From NCBI GenBank assembly GCA_965225945.1, contig CBDDBZ010000023.1, forward strand, positions 1 to 64,000: 64,000 nucleotides of DNA, in the 5' to 3' direction. Below are positions 41,873-53,254 of this stretch, piece by piece (the first letter of the stretch is position 1; every line of letters starts with the position of its first letter). Source of the DNA: Alphaproteobacteria bacterium. Lineage in GTDB: Bacteria > Pseudomonadota > Alphaproteobacteria > GCA-2731375. The position numbers were made by a program, and so were the translations under genes. The notes beneath the pieces were generated by a model that did no database searches, was not told where the DNA came from, and saw only the letters and a list, made by a program, of their open reading frames with translations.

Positions 41873-42904
41873 CTATTCCGCGTCGCCGCCGCCGTTGAAA
41901 TCGAACCAGAAATCGGAGCCGGAGTCGGCGGCGAGTTCGGTGAAACTGGTGCGCCCGTCCATCGCTCGCCGGGTCATCTCCAGCAGTTGCTTCGGTCGGT
42001 AGAGGGCGAGATCCAGGCCCGTGTCGGGAGCGAGGTCGGGGATCGCCGGCGCGCCGGGAACGCGCTCGGCCGCCGTCAGCGGGCGCGCCCAGGCGCGGAG
42101 CGCGCGCGCCTGCCCGCCGGACAGGCCTAGATCGACGATTCTGGCGCCCGCATGCCCGGCGAACCAATCCCGGCCGTGATCGATGCTCTCGGCGAAGCCG
42201 AGGCCGTGCGGCGTCAGGTCGTGGACGACGAAGATTTCAGGCGCCGCGCGCTCCCGCAGTGCCGACACCAGCGCCTCGCGCGCGACCGTATCGCCGGCAG
42301 CGCTGATCACATGGCAGGCGTTCTGCAGGTGGAACTCGTTGGCCAGGTAGAAGGCGGCGAAATCCGCCCGCTCGCAGACCAGCAGGCGATCGTGAACCAC
42401 CCCGTCGAGCGGGCTGGGAACTTCGGCCACCGCCGCATGCTCCGGCGAAATCAAGTGGGTCGGCGGATTGAGCCGGCCATAGCGTTGCAGGATTCGCGCG
42501 ACGTCGAGCTTCTTGGCACCCATGCGCGGGACCTTGGTGCCCGGCCATTTCTTGACCAGGCTAGAGATCACGAAAATGCCGACGACGAAGACGATCATCG
42601 CGACCACGAAATGCACGAATTCGAACACCGCCACGACGACGACGACCAAGCCAATCCAGGCGATCGCGCGGAAAAGTAGCGGGGGCACGGCCAATCGGCG
42701 CTCGATCTCGTAGGTGAGTTGCTCCGGGAGATAGCGGTGCTCGCCCTTGGCGGTGACGGCGTCCATGGCCCGCTTCACGAACATGTCGGCGACACCGTCG
42801 ACCTTGGGATTGAGGGCGAAGGCGTGTTCGCAATGCCCGCAGATCTTGGCCGGTTGCCCCTTGCCGAGGGGCTTGGTGTCCTTTTCGCACGCCACGCAAC
42901 GCAT
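41873..42904 (-). CDS. Hypothetical membrane protein with N-terminal Zn ribbon and Toprim-like C-domain
   Basis: CVAC/CGHC, two TM helices, LLVCE...VVHDLTPHG...DLGL. Confidence 0.6.
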   Translation of the reverse strand: MRCVACEKDTKPLGKGQPAKICGHCEHAFALNPKVDGVADMFVKRAMDAVTAKGEHRYLPEQLTYEIERRLAVPPLLFRAIAWIGLVVVVVAVFEFVHFVVAMIVFVVGIFVISSLVKKWPGTKVPRMGAKKLDVARILQRYGRLNPPTHLISPEHAAVAEVPSPLDGVVHDRLLVCERADFAAFYLANEFHLQNACHVISAAGDTVAREALVSALRERAAPEIFVVHDLTPHGLGFAESIDHGRDWFAGHAGARIVDLGLSGGQARALRAWARPLTAAERVPGAPAIPDLAPDTGLDLALYRPKQLLEMTRRAMDGRTSFTELAADSGSDFWFDFNGGGDAE

Positions 42905-42983
42905 CCCGGCGGTTCCCTCCGCATCGTCGATCACCGGCGCCGTTGCTATGATCGCACAGGATGGACGATATCGAGGAGGCGAA

Positions 42984-44792
42984 ATGTCGGACCTGCTGGG
43001 GGCCTGGTCGCTCGACAATGTTCCCGCCCGGCGCCGGATCTCGGCGCTGGACGAGGCGGCGATGCTGCCGCATCTCCCCGGCCATCCGGACGGCCTCGGC
43101 GAGGTCGCGGCGGGCCCGCTCTGGCTGGTGGGCGCGCGCGCCAAGGTGAGTCGCGCCGGGCCGACATGCCTCGGCTTCGAGGGTCTCCTGGTGGGCGACG
43201 GCGCCTTGGCGGCGATGGCGCCCGACGCGCGCCCCGAAGGTCATTTCGTGCTGGCACGCGCCGACCTCGAGGCTGGGAAACTCACCTTGCTGCGCGGCCT
43301 CTCGGGTGGCGAGCGGCTCTATTACGCGCGCCTCCCCGGCCTGGTGCTGTTCGCCGCCTCGATCCGCCCGCTCTTGGCGCATCCTCGGATCGGCCGGACG
43401 CTGCGGCGCTCGGCGATCGACGAGGTGCTGCTCAGCGGCTTGGTGATGTCGGGCGAGGGCAGCCTGATCGAGGGCATCGAGGAGGTCCAGCCGGGCCATC
43501 GCTTGGAGATCGGCCGCGAGGTCGGCGTGCAGCGCTGGCACTGGGAGGGGTTGCTGGAGCCGCTCGAGGGCGACGTCGCCACCCTGGCCCGGGAATATCG
43601 CCGCTGCCTCGGCGGCGCGGTCGAGGCGGCGATCGGCGGCGACGGCCGAGTGGCGGTCTCGCTCTCCGGTGGCATCGATTCCTCGGCCATCGCGGCACTC
43701 GCCGTCGAGTGCGTCGGGCCTGGGAACGTCGAGGCCTTTACCTACGAGTTCGACGATCCGAGCCACCCGCCGGAAACCCCTTTCGCGGTCGAGGTCTGCC
43801 GCCACCTCGGAATTCGCCGCCATCACGTCTTCAGAATCGGTTTCGCGGACTATCTGGCGGCCATTCCCGAGGTGGTGTAGCGGGCGGAGAGCCCGGTGCA
43901 TTGGCCCAAGGCGTTCATGCTGCCGGCGGCGCGCCGGATCATGGCGCACGGTCACGACAAATTTCTCTCCGGCTTCGGCATCGGCAGCCACATGGCGCAC
44001 CTGGAGGATTTGGCCCGCCTGCTGGCAGCACTCCCGTCACCCGACATGGCGCTCCGCTACTGGCGGCTCGCGCGGTCCCGGCGCTGGCGCTTCCTCGATC
44101 GCTTGCGCTTGCTTCACCCCTGCCTGGAGCCACTCTATCCCCGCCTCCAACTTCTGCTCCTCGCTGTCCTCAGCGAGCGCGGCATGATCACCGAACTCGG
44201 GCGCCACTACCCGGAGATCATGGCGCCGCTGCTGGGACCCGAGCGCGATGTCGGCCGGGGGCGATGCGGGTTCGCGGCGATGGGGCTGGAGGCCCAGCTT
44301 CGCCATCGGAGTTTCGCCCGTCTGGTCTCCTGCATCGACGTCACTCGGTGGGAAAAGGTGCTGAGGGAGATCGGTGCCCATCGCCTGTCGCCGGCACACT
44401 TCGCCCAATGCCTGCCCTATTCCTATATGCCGATCCGACCCCGGCCCAACCCGTGGTCGGTGGCGGGCCGCTTGCGGCCGGGAAAGCTGCTGCTCAGGGA
44501 GGCGATGCGCGGCGTTCTACCCGATTCCGTGCTTCTTCGGCGCAAGTCGTGGGCCGATGCGGTGGTCTCGCCCGGCTGGTATCGGGCGGGACTGAATTGG
44601 ATGCGAAGCGTCCTGCCGCGAGGCGTCGACTGCCTGGGCAACGGCGAGGCGGACTATCGCCGGGCGCTCCGCTATTGGGAGCCGCGCTCGCCGCAGGCGA
44701 CCCCGACCGCGCTGCGCTTCTGGCACCGCGTCGTCGTGGAGAAGGGCATCGGGACCCGGCCGCCCGGCTGGCGAGATCTGGCGCGGGAGTGA
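42984..44792 (+). pseudogene. Asparagine synthetase B-related ATP-dependent enzyme with in-frame TAG (43878-43880)
   Basis: GERLYY, FAAS, V.PGH, SLSGGIDSS; continues in frame to KLLLREAMRGVLP...RRK. Confidence 0.8.
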
Positions 44793-44853
44793 GCGGGCGA
44801 GTGTTTCCGAGTGAGCGCGTGGCGAAATCGGACTTCGGCGTCGTCGCCCGTGC

Positions 44854-45765
44854 TCATCCTCCGTGGCGTTTCTTGATCTCGGGGATGACCTCCCGGGCGA
44901 TGGTCTCGAAGGCCGGATACTGCGCTTCCAGCATCGGATAATATAGGCCGAGCTCGGACATGCCGGTCTCGATCAGGCTTTCGGCCATGTCGATGAAGAG
45001 ATTGGTCGATTCGTAATAGCCGACCGCGCCGCCGCTCGCCCGCGAGGCCGGATCGAACATCAAGTAGGAGCGGCGGAGTTTACCCGAATCGCGGCCGATG
45101 GCGGCCAAGTTGTCGTCCATGCGGGCTGCCCGCTCGCGGGTCTCGGCCAGTTGCGCCTCGAAGCTTTCGGCGAAGCTCAGGCTGTTCCAGTTGTCGGCGT
45201 ATTTCGCCGCGTGGCGTATCATCACCGGGCCAAGCGCGGCGATGACGATCGGCGGGCGTGGCTTCTGCACCGTCCCCGGGTTCATCATCGCGTCCTTGAT
45301 TTCGTAGTATCGGCCTTTGAAGCTCGAGACTTCGTTCGAGAGCAGGCGGTCGACGATTTCGACATATTCCGGGAAGCGGGCGACGCGTTCCTTGCCGCTC
45401 CAATTGGGGATGCCGATCATGTCGTAAGACGGATCGATGTCGAGGCCGGTGCCGAGGCCGACCTCCAGCCGCCCGCCGGAAAGCTGATCGACCGTCATGG
45501 CCTGGCGGGCCAACATCGCCGGATTGCGGAGCGGAATCTGCGTGACGTAGGTGGCGAGGCGAATTCGCGTCGTCTCCCGGGCGAGCGCGGCGAGCGTGGT
45601 CCAGGCCTCGAGCCACGGCGCCGACGGATTGGTCCAGTCGATGAAATGATCGCCCGTCGTCGCCAGGTCGAAACCCAGATCCTCGATATGCTTGAAGCGA
45701 CGCAGGACCTCGCTCCAGTCGGCGTTCGGAAGACTGATAACCTGAAATCGCAGGTCGTGGCTCAT
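44854..45765 (-). CDS. LLM class flavin-dependent oxidoreductase
   Basis: DHF, EAWTTLAALA, RNPA.LA, SGGRLE.GLG, QKPRPPI. Confidence 0.9.
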   Translation of the reverse strand: MSHDLRFQVISLPNADWSEVLRRFKHIEDLGFDLATTGDHFIDWTNPSAPWLEAWTTLAALARETTRIRLATYVTQIPLRNPAMLARQAMTVDQLSGGRLEVGLGTGLDIDPSYDMIGIPNWSGKERVARFPEYVEIVDRLLSNEVSSFKGRYYEIKDAMMNPGTVQKPRPPIVIAALGPVMIRHAAKYADNWNSLSFAESFEAQLAETRERAARMDDNLAAIGRDSGKLRRSYLMFDPASRASGGAVGYYESTNLFIDMAESLIETGMSELGLYYPMLEAQYPAFETIAREVIPEIKKRHGG

Positions 45766-45857
45766 CGTCGGTCTCCTTCCCTTCGGGGCGCGGCGAGCAT
45801 CAAATTCGCCCGAGAGACGAATGGTAATGCATGCTGCGCATCCCGGGAATCACCCGT

Positions 45858-46532
45858 TCACCCGCCGAGCGAGGCCCTCGCCAGCGCATCGACGTGAACG
45901 CGGGCGCAGTCGATGACGGGAAATCCGCAGGCCTGTCCGTCGAACGCCAAGAACAGGTCGGTGCCGACCAGCACGACGACCTCGGCGCCCTGCTCGCGCA
46001 CCAGCTCTGCGCCGAGACGGAAAAACAACGCGCGCTGATCCTCGGTGACGCGGCCGGCGCTGGCCATGGCGATATAGGCCTCGTGCGTCGCGTCCAGATC
46101 GGCGCCCTGGGGCAGCACCACCTCGATCGTGGGAATGGCGCCGTAGATATGGGATTCCATCACCGTGCGGGTGCCCAGGAGACCCACACGGGCGACACCG
46201 CGCGCCGTCAGCGTCGCGGCCATTTCCGTGACCAGGTCGATCAGCGGCAGGGGCGAGGCCGCCGCCAGTTCGGCGATACAGAAATGTCCGCCCAGGGAAG
46301 TGACCGCCGCCGCGTCGGCGCCCGCGGCCGCCAGCCGCTCGACCAGGCGGAGGAAGATCGCCGCCTGCGCGTGCGCGTCGCCGGCCGTCAGGTTGGCGAC
46401 CAGATCGCGCGCCTCGGCCTGGACGATCGTCAGCTCCAGCGGCCGTTCGGCGGCGGCATGCGCCTCGACCAGCCCCCGGTAGTAGAACTCCGTCGCGCCC
46501 GGCCCGATCCCCCCGATCAATCCGATATGCAT
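45858..46532 (-). CDS. Aspartate/glutamate racemase family protein
   Basis: IGLIGGIGP.AT..YY, VGLLGT..M, VIDC..H. Confidence 0.85.
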   Translation of the reverse strand: MHIGLIGGIGPGATEFYYRGLVEAHAAAERPLELTIVQAEARDLVANLTAGDAHAQAAIFLRLVERLAAAGADAAAVTSLGGHFCIAELAAASPLPLIDLVTEMAATLTARGVARVGLLGTRTVMESHIYGAIPTIEVVLPQGADLDATHEAYIAMASAGRVTEDQRALFFRLGAELVREQGAEVVVLVGTDLFLAFDGQACGFPVIDCARVHVDALARASLGG

Positions 46533-46747
46533 CGCCCTGGCCTTTCCCCGCTGTTCGCAACGACCGATCGCCATGGGGTATGATACCAAACGCCCCGACG
46601 AGGCGGTCGAAGTTCAGGCCCATTGGTGGCGCCGCGATGGTCCCGCGCGCCTGATAAGCGCGTGACATCGCCTCGGTTGGCGCCACATACTGTCGTCGCC
46701 GCCACGATCGGCTCGGCCCTTCGCGGCGATCGAATGGACGTGAGGAA

Positions 46748-47854
46748 ATGGCGAAAGCGCACGACAACGCCGACATCGGCACGGCGCATCTCGACGTCAT
46801 CAGCGGGGTACTGGATCCGCTGCTGCATCTGTTGGATCTGTTCGACTTCGTGGTCCGGAATCTCTATCCGCCGCACCTGCCGCATCTGGTGGCGCAAGTA
46901 GCGCCGATGGAAGCCCCGCTGGTCGAGGGACTGGAGGCCTTTGGCGGCCTCGAATGGCCGGAGCACTACGACGATTTCGCCAGCCGCATTCAAAGCGCGG
47001 CGCAGATCGGGCTCGGCACGATCGCCGGCCTCAGGGAAGCGCAAAGCGCGTCGGAAGGCGCGATCCAGGCGACCCGCGCCATGCGCCGAGCCTCCGGCGC
47101 CTTGGAATTGCTTTACCCGCTGGCGGCCGGCATGGCGCCGGTCAGCCGCTTCTTCCTGCCGGAGGAGGCGCGCAACGATCTGGCGCTCGAGGCGCGGCTC
47201 CGCGAGGCTGATATCGATCGCGACATCGTCGGCGTCATGCATGTCGAGAACGAACACGAGGATCGTGGCGGCTTCTCGCTCTACGTGCCGGAATACTACG
47301 ACGAGAGCCTGTCCTGGCCCGTGGTGTTCGCGCTCCACGGCGGTACCGGCCATGGCCGGAGCTTCCTCTGGAACTGGATGCGCGAGGCGCGCTCCGGCGG
47401 CGTGATCGTGGTGAGCCCGACTTCGATCGAGCGAACGTGGTCGCTGATAGGCCCCGATGTCGACAGCGAAAACCTGGAGAACATGCTCGACTTCGTCGGC
47501 GAGCACTGGAACATCGACAGGGACCACGTGCTGTTGAGCGGGATGAGCGACGGCGGCACCTTCTGTTACCTGAGCGGGCTGCGCGCCGCCTCGCCCTTCA
47601 CCCATCTGGCGCCGATCGCCGCGAGTTTTGATCCGGGCTTGCTCGAGGTGATCGACGGCGTCCACGTCGAGGGCCGGCGGATTCACGTGATCCACGGCGC
47701 CCTCGACTGGATGTTCCCTGTCGAGGTCGGCCGCGCGGCGCGCGATGCCCTCGGCGCGGCGGGGGCGGAGCTGGTCTACCGGGAGATCGAGGATCTCTCC
47801 CACAGCTTCCCGAGGGACGAGAATCTTCCGCTCCTGGAATGGTTTCTCGGCTGA
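46748..47854 (+). CDS. Phospholipase/carboxylesterase family protein
   Basis: LHGG.GHG, GMSDGG, HGALDWMF, DLSH. Confidence 0.85.
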   Translation: MAKAHDNADIGTAHLDVISGVLDPLLHLLDLFDFVVRNLYPPHLPHLVAQVAPMEAPLVEGLEAFGGLEWPEHYDDFASRIQSAAQIGLGTIAGLREAQSASEGAIQATRAMRRASGALELLYPLAAGMAPVSRFFLPEEARNDLALEARLREADIDRDIVGVMHVENEHEDRGGFSLYVPEYYDESLSWPVVFALHGGTGHGRSFLWNWMREARSGGVIVVSPTSIERTWSLIGPDVDSENLENMLDFVGEHWNIDRDHVLLSGMSDGGTFCYLSGLRAASPFTHLAPIAASFDPGLLEVIDGVHVEGRRIHVIHGALDWMFPVEVGRAARDALGAAGAELVYREIEDLSHSFPRDENLPLLEWFLG

Positions 47855-47960
47855 GCGAGTCACGGTCGCCCGAGCGCGCGGCCATTGTGATTCGCCCATG
47901 CGGGTCGCCCAACCGGGTCGGGTGTGGTTCTAAACACGGCGTTATCATATCGCAACCGGG

Positions 47961-49409
47961 ATGAACAAGGCGGCGCTTCGAGAGCTGGCCGCAAGGGCCC
48001 GGGTCGAGGTCGAGATGACCGCGCATCCCCGCCTCGACTGGATGCCGGAATTGCGAACGCCGGCCGGCGAGCCGCTCTTGGACGTGTTGATCGTCGGCGC
48101 CGGTCAGGGTGGGCTCGCCACCGCGTTCGAGCTGACCCGCCAGCGGGTTCGCAACATCGTGGTGATCGATCGCTCGAGCCGGGGCCGCGAAGGGATTTGG
48201 CGGACCTATGCCCGGATGCCGGAGCTGCGCTCGCCCAAGGACTACAGCGGGCCGGACCTGGGCGTGCCCAGCCTCACCTACGAGGCCTGGCACCTGGCCC
48301 GCCACGGGGCCGAGGACTGGGCGGCGATCCCGCTGATCCGCGCCGCCGACTGGGCCGACTATCTGGACTGGTACCGCGAGACCCTGAAGCTTCCGGTCAG
48401 GAACGAGGTGGCGCTCGTGCGGATCGAGCCGGCCGAGGGCCATCTCCGCGCGCATCTGGCGACGGCGTCGGGCACGGAGGTCGTGCCCACCCGCAAGATC
48501 GTGCTGGCGACGGGGCAGGACGGCCTCGGCCGTTGGTGGATGCCACCCGAGATCGAGGCTCTGCCGGCGCGGTTTCGCGCCCATGCGGCGGACGACATCG
48601 ACTTCGCCCGTCTGAAGGACCGGCGCGTCCTGGTGGTCGGCGCCGGGGCCAGCGCCGCCGACAACGCAGCCGAGGCGCTGGAGGCCGGGGCCCGGGAGGT
48701 CCGCATGCTCTGCCGGCGCGACGCGTTGCAGCTCGTGCAGCCGCTCCGCTGGCTCACCTTTGCCGGCTTTCTTCGCCACCTGGGAGAGCTGGAGGACGCC
48801 TGGCGCTGGCGTTTCATGAGCCGGATCATGGGCATGCGGGAAGGCATTCCGAGGCAGAGCTTCCAGCGGATGGCGCGCCAAGTTGGCTTTCGCCTGACGC
48901 TCGGCGCGCCGGTGACGGGGGCTCGTGTCGAGGGCGAGGCGGTGCTGCTGGAGACCCCCAAGGGTCGCCACGCCGCCGACTTCGTCATCGCCGGCACCGG
49001 CATCGACATCGATCCGGCACCGCGGCCGGAATTGGCGGATTTCGCCGACGAAATCGCCCGCTGGTCCGACCGCTACCAGCCGCCCGCGGCGGAGCGTGAC
49101 GCGCGCCTCGCCCGCTACCCCTATCTCGGGCCGAACCAGGAGTTCGTCGAACGGCGGCCGGGGTCCGCGCCCTTTCTCGCCGACATCCACGACTTCACCA
49201 TCGCCACGGTGATGAGCCTGGGGCCGGCCGGCGCCTCCATCAACGCCATGACGACCGCGGTGCCGCGCCTCGTGCGCGCGCTCACCCGAGGCCTCTTCCG
49301 TGCCGACGTCGAACGTCACTACCGTTCGTTGCTGGAGTACGACGTCGAGATGTTCGGCTTCGACGAGATCGAGTGGGCAGGCGGCGGTCCCGAGCATCAC
49401 CTGGAATAG
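47961..49409 (+). CDS. FAD/NAD(P)-dependent monooxygenase (HpyO-like)
   Basis: VGAGQGG, EG.W...ARM..LRSPK, LATG, VGAGASA.D.A, GTG. Confidence 0.8.
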   Translation: MNKAALRELAARARVEVEMTAHPRLDWMPELRTPAGEPLLDVLIVGAGQGGLATAFELTRQRVRNIVVIDRSSRGREGIWRTYARMPELRSPKDYSGPDLGVPSLTYEAWHLARHGAEDWAAIPLIRAADWADYLDWYRETLKLPVRNEVALVRIEPAEGHLRAHLATASGTEVVPTRKIVLATGQDGLGRWWMPPEIEALPARFRAHAADDIDFARLKDRRVLVVGAGASAADNAAEALEAGAREVRMLCRRDALQLVQPLRWLTFAGFLRHLGELEDAWRWRFMSRIMGMREGIPRQSFQRMARQVGFRLTLGAPVTGARVEGEAVLLETPKGRHAADFVIAGTGIDIDPAPRPELADFADEIARWSDRYQPPAAERDARLARYPYLGPNQEFVERRPGSAPFLADIHDFTIATVMSLGPAGASINAMTTAVPRLVRALTRGLFRADVERHYRSLLEYDVEMFGFDEIEWAGGGPEHHLE

Positions 49410-49597
49410 TCGAGCGAAGCGAAGGACCTTTTCAAAAGGGACGTACTCTCCTCCGAGACCTCCATCATCGATGTCGCCGGCGTGTGATCCGATGCCGGGA
49501 GCCGACGGGCCCTCGAGGGTCGCCGGCGGTTGAAGATCACGATCGGAACGGGCAAGCTGCTCGGAGCGAGGGTGAAAGCGAGGAAGGGGGACGATCC

Positions 49598-50746
49598 ATG
49601 AAAGTCGGCATCGCGCTCAATATGCTGCAGCAGGAGGGCCGCTCGGACGCCTCGGTGGTGGCCGAGCATCTGGCGCTGGGCGATCTGGCGGAGCCACTGG
49701 GCTTCGATTCCCTATGGGCGCTGGAGCACCATTTCACCGGCTACGCGATGTCGCCGCAGCCGACCCAGACCTTGAGCTACTATGCCGGGCGAACCAAGCG
49801 CCTGACCCTGGGCACCGCCGTCATCGTGCTCCCCTGGAACGATCCGATCCGGGTAGCGGAACAGATCGCGCTGCTCGATATCATGTGCGGCGGGCGTTGC
49901 ATTTTCGCCTTCGGCAGGGGGGCCGCCAGCGCCGAATACGAGGGCTTCGGCATTCCGATGGGTGAAGCGAGGCCGCGTTTTGCCGAAGCCGCCGAGATCG
50001 TCGTCAAGGCACTGTCGAACGAGGTCTTCGAGCACCACGGCGAGTTCTACGAGATTTCCCCGACATCGATCCGACCGCGCCCCGTTTCGCACCCCGAGCG
50101 GCGCTTCTATGCCTCCTCGGTCAGTCCGGAATCGGCCGAGATCATGGCGAAGATGGGCTTCGGCATGCTGGTAGTCATGCAGAACGAATGGCAGAAGGCG
50201 GCGCAAGATATCTATCGCTTCAACGAAATCACCGCGCGGGTTGGCCATCCGCCCCGAGCGCCGATCGTCCTCACCAATGTCTCCTGCGCGGATAGCCGCG
50301 AGGAGGCGGAGGCCCGCGCGATGCAATTTCTCGGCGCCAAGTGGGACTCGATCGACGCCCATTACCACTTCTCCGACGGTCACCTGGCGTCGGTAAAGGG
50401 CTACGAGTCGTACGGCAAGATGGCCAAGACCTTTTCGAAGTTGCAAGACCCTGAGTTCCGCGAGAAGGCGACGAGTTTCTACGTTTCAATCCAGATCGTC
50501 GGCACGCCGAACGATTGCCTGGAGCAGCTCGCCGAGCTCCAGCGGCTGACCGGGCTGGACCATCTGGTCACCGAGTTCGCCTTCGGCGGCATGCCGCACG
50601 AGCAGGCGGAAATGAACATGCGCCTCTTCGCCGAGCGGGTGATGCCGGTGCTGCATCGCGACCAGACCTTCGCCGAGGTCGATTCCTCCCGCCCTCTCGC
50701 CACGGCGCCCGAGAAGGCGCATGAGGACGTCTTCGCGCCCGCCTGA
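49598..50746 (+). CDS. LLM class flavin-dependent oxidoreductase (luciferase-like)
   Basis: EHHF.GY, LPW.DP.RVAE, FGRG, LFAERVMP. Confidence 0.9.
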   Translation: MKVGIALNMLQQEGRSDASVVAEHLALGDLAEPLGFDSLWALEHHFTGYAMSPQPTQTLSYYAGRTKRLTLGTAVIVLPWNDPIRVAEQIALLDIMCGGRCIFAFGRGAASAEYEGFGIPMGEARPRFAEAAEIVVKALSNEVFEHHGEFYEISPTSIRPRPVSHPERRFYASSVSPESAEIMAKMGFGMLVVMQNEWQKAAQDIYRFNEITARVGHPPRAPIVLTNVSCADSREEAEARAMQFLGAKWDSIDAHYHFSDGHLASVKGYESYGKMAKTFSKLQDPEFREKATSFYVSIQIVGTPNDCLEQLAELQRLTGLDHLVTEFAFGGMPHEQAEMNMRLFAERVMPVLHRDQTFAEVDSSRPLATAPEKAHEDVFAPA

Positions 50747-50791
50747 CCGTCCGAGCGAAAAGTCACCGCTGGCGAGGTTTCGGCCAGACAC

Positions 50792-51559
50792 TCAGTCGAC
50801 GAACTGCTCGCGCAGGATGCGTTCCTCAAGGCCGTGCTCGGGATCGAACAGCACGCGAGAAGCGATCGTGCGATCCTCCACGACCTCGACCCGGACCACG
50901 TCGCGGACCTCGTAATCGTCGGCCACGGCACCGACGGGGCGCTTCTCGGAGTTCAGAATCTCGATGACGACGCAGGCATCGCGCGGCAGCAGGGCGCCGC
51001 GCCAGCGCCGGGGCCGAAAGGCGCTGATCGGGGTCAGCGCCAAAATGCCGGCGTCGAGCGGCAGAATCGGCCCGTGGGCCGAGAGATTGTAGGCGGTGGA
51101 GCCGGCGGGGGTGGCGACCAGGACGCCGTCGCAGACCAGCGCGTCGAGCCGGTTTCGCCCGTCGATCACGATCCGCACCTCGGCCGCCTGGCGGGTCTGG
51201 CGAAACACCGAGACCTCGTTGATCGCCAATGCCTGGGCCTCCGCGCCCCGGACATCGCGCGTCGTCATCCGGAGCGGATGCAGCGTCGTGGCCTCGGCCC
51301 GCGCCAGGCGATCGGCGAGCCCCTCGATGCGGAACTCGTTCATCAGGAAGCCGACCGAGCCCAGGTTCATGCCGTAAATCGGAATCGACCGGCTCATGTG
51401 CTCGTGCAGCGTCTTCAGCATGAAGCCGTCGCCGCCGAGCGCGACGACCACCTCCGCCACCTCGGGCGGCACGGTGGCATGACGGGCGGTGATCTCCGCG
51501 AGCGCCACCGCGGCTTCCGGCGCGTCGCTCGCCACCACGGCGATCTTCTCGAAAGGCAT
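50792..51559 (-). CDS. nadK: NAD kinase
   Basis: [20 protein letters not shown]...[15 protein letters not shown]. Confidence 0.95.
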   Translation of the reverse strand: MPFEKIAVVASDAPEAAVALAEITARHATVPPEVAEVVVALGGDGFMLKTLHEHMSRSIPIYGMNLGSVGFLMNEFRIEGLADRLARAEATTLHPLRMTTRDVRGAEAQALAINEVSVFRQTRQAAEVRIVIDGRNRLDALVCDGVLVATPAGSTAYNLSAHGPILPLDAGILALTPISAFRPRRWRGALLPRDACVVIEILNSEKRPVGAVADDYEVRDVVRVEVVEDRTIASRVLFDPEHGLEERILREQFVD

Positions 51560-51707
51560 GGTCAAACGGCAGAACAGCGAGGCCTCGGGCCCCAATAGCC
51601 GGGAGTATATCCGAGCCGCGCGACGAGGCCAGGGGTTGTTGCCGGCCGCTTTCCGCGGCGCGCATAATGGCGCCGAGGCGAGGGGGGCGGTCCCCCGGGA
51701 GAACGGC

Positions 51708-52187
51708 ATGGGTATCTTGCTCGCCATCCTTTTGATCATGGCGGCGGCGACGTCCGGAGGCGCCGATGCCGGGACGGCCGACCGGCACGCCGGCTACTAC
51801 TACCCCGAGATCACCAGCTCCGAGATCTATCGCGCCCGCGCCCAGATCCTGCCGGACGCGTCGCGCGAGATGCGTATCGGCTTCATCGTGCTGCAGACGG
51901 CGGAGCAGGCGAAACGCCCCTATCCGCCGCGTTTCGCGATCTTCGCCAAGGGAGAGAAGGCACAAAAGCTGATCATTGTCGGCCTCGACGGCGAGAGCTT
52001 CCGCACCCTCTTCCGCGCCCGGAGCGTGCTGGCGCAACTGACCGCGCGGGCCCGCGGCACGGAACTCTTCCGCAATCTCGCGGTCGAGGACGTCTTGACC
52101 TTCTTCGATCTCGCCCGAATGCTCGGTTTCGAGCAGATCACCATCACCGATGGCGAGCTGTTCGCGCATCGGATCACCATGAAATAA
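51708..52187 (+). CDS. Conserved exported hypothetical protein
   Basis: Signal peptide; [26 protein letters not shown]. Confidence 0.7.
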   Translation: MGILLAILLIMAAATSGGADAGTADRHAGYYYPEITSSEIYRARAQILPDASREMRIGFIVLQTAEQAKRPYPPRFAIFAKGEKAQKLIIVGLDGESFRTLFRARSVLAQLTARARGTELFRNLAVEDVLTFFDLARMLGFEQITITDGELFAHRITMK

Positions 52188-52267
52188 CGCTCGCTCCGCC
52201 AAGCTCGGCGACCCGGCTCGATGACTATCGGGCGTGGCGGCGGCCCTCGAGGGAGAGAGCGGAGGCG

Positions 52268-53254
52268 TCAGCCGCCGGTGACGCTCATGTGGCGGGCGAC
52301 GGCGGGGCGGTTGTCGCGCCGGCTGATGACGAAGTCGTGACCCTTGGGCTTGCGCCCGATCGCCTCGTCGATCGCTTCCGACAAAATCGCCTCGTCGTTG
52401 GCGCGCAAGCTCCGGCGCAGATCCGCATCGTCGTTCTGACCCAGGCACATATACAGCATGCCCTGGCAGGTGAGCCTGACACGGTTGCAGGATTCGCAAA
52501 AGTTGTGGGTCATCGGCGTGATGAAGCCGAGGCGACGGCCGGTCTCCTCGATCCGGACGTAGCGGGCCGGGCCTCCGCTCCGATAGTCCAGATCGCTCAG
52601 CGTCCAGCGTTGTTCCAGGTCCGCCCGCACCACCGAGAGCGGCAGGTACTGCTCCACCCGATCGCCGCCGATGTCGCCCATCGGCATGGTCTCGATCAAG
52701 GTGAGGTCGAAACCTTCCTCGCCACACCAGGTGATCATCGAATCGAATTCGTGCTCGTTGACCTCGCGCAACGCCACCGCATTGATCTTGACCTCGAGGC
52801 CGGCGCTCTTGGCCGCCCGCAGGCCGTCGAAGACCTTCTCGATCCGGCCCCACCGCGTGATCCGCTGGAAGGCTTGCGGATCGAGAGTGTCGAGCGAGAC
52901 GTTGATGCGCTCGACCCCGATCGCCTTCAGCTCTTGGGCGTAGCGCGGGAGCTGGGTGCCATTGGTGGTCACCGTCAGCTCGTCCATCGCGCCGCTTTCG
53001 AGGTGCCGGGCGAGACGGCGGAACAGCCACATGATGTTGCCCCGGACCAGCGGCTCGCCACCGGTCAGTCGGATCTTGCGCACGCCCTTGGCGACGAAGG
53101 CGCTGACGAGACGATCCAGCTCCTCCAGGCTCAGGACCTCGTTCTTGGGCAGAAACGTCATGTCTTCCGCCATGCAATAGACACAGCGGAAATCGCATCG
53201 GTCGGTGACCGAAACGCGGAGATAGGTGATGTCCCGGCCGAACGGGTCGATCAT
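52268..53254 (-). CDS. moaA: GTP 3',8-cyclase
   Basis: [33 protein letters not shown]-terminal MSVTGG. Confidence 0.98.
   Translation of the reverse strand: MIDPFGRDITYLRVSVTDRCDFRCVYCMAEDMTFLPKNEVLSLEELDRLVSAFVAKGVRKIRLTGGEPLVRGNIMWLFRRLARHLESGAMDELTVTTNGTQLPRYAQELKAIGVERINVSLDTLDPQAFQRITRWGRIEKVFDGLRAAKSAGLEVKINAVALREVNEHEFDSMITWCGEEGFDLTLIETMPMGDIGGDRVEQYLPLSVVRADLEQRWTLSDLDYRSGGPARYVRIEETGRRLGFITPMTHNFCESCNRVRLTCQGMLYMCLGQNDDADLRRSLRANDEAILSEAIDEAIGRKPKGHDFVISRRDNRPAVARHMSVTGG

Noticed and set aside
33782-44792. Genome-wide amber recoding or pyrrolysine to explain three in-frame TAGs
   Set aside because: TAG is a normal stop elsewhere (e.g. 12162-12164, 49407-49409), the expected residues differ (E/Q versus W), and frameshifts co-occur
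42984-44792. Lasso peptide gene cluster
   Set aside because: No B1/B2 leader peptidase or precursor seen nearby
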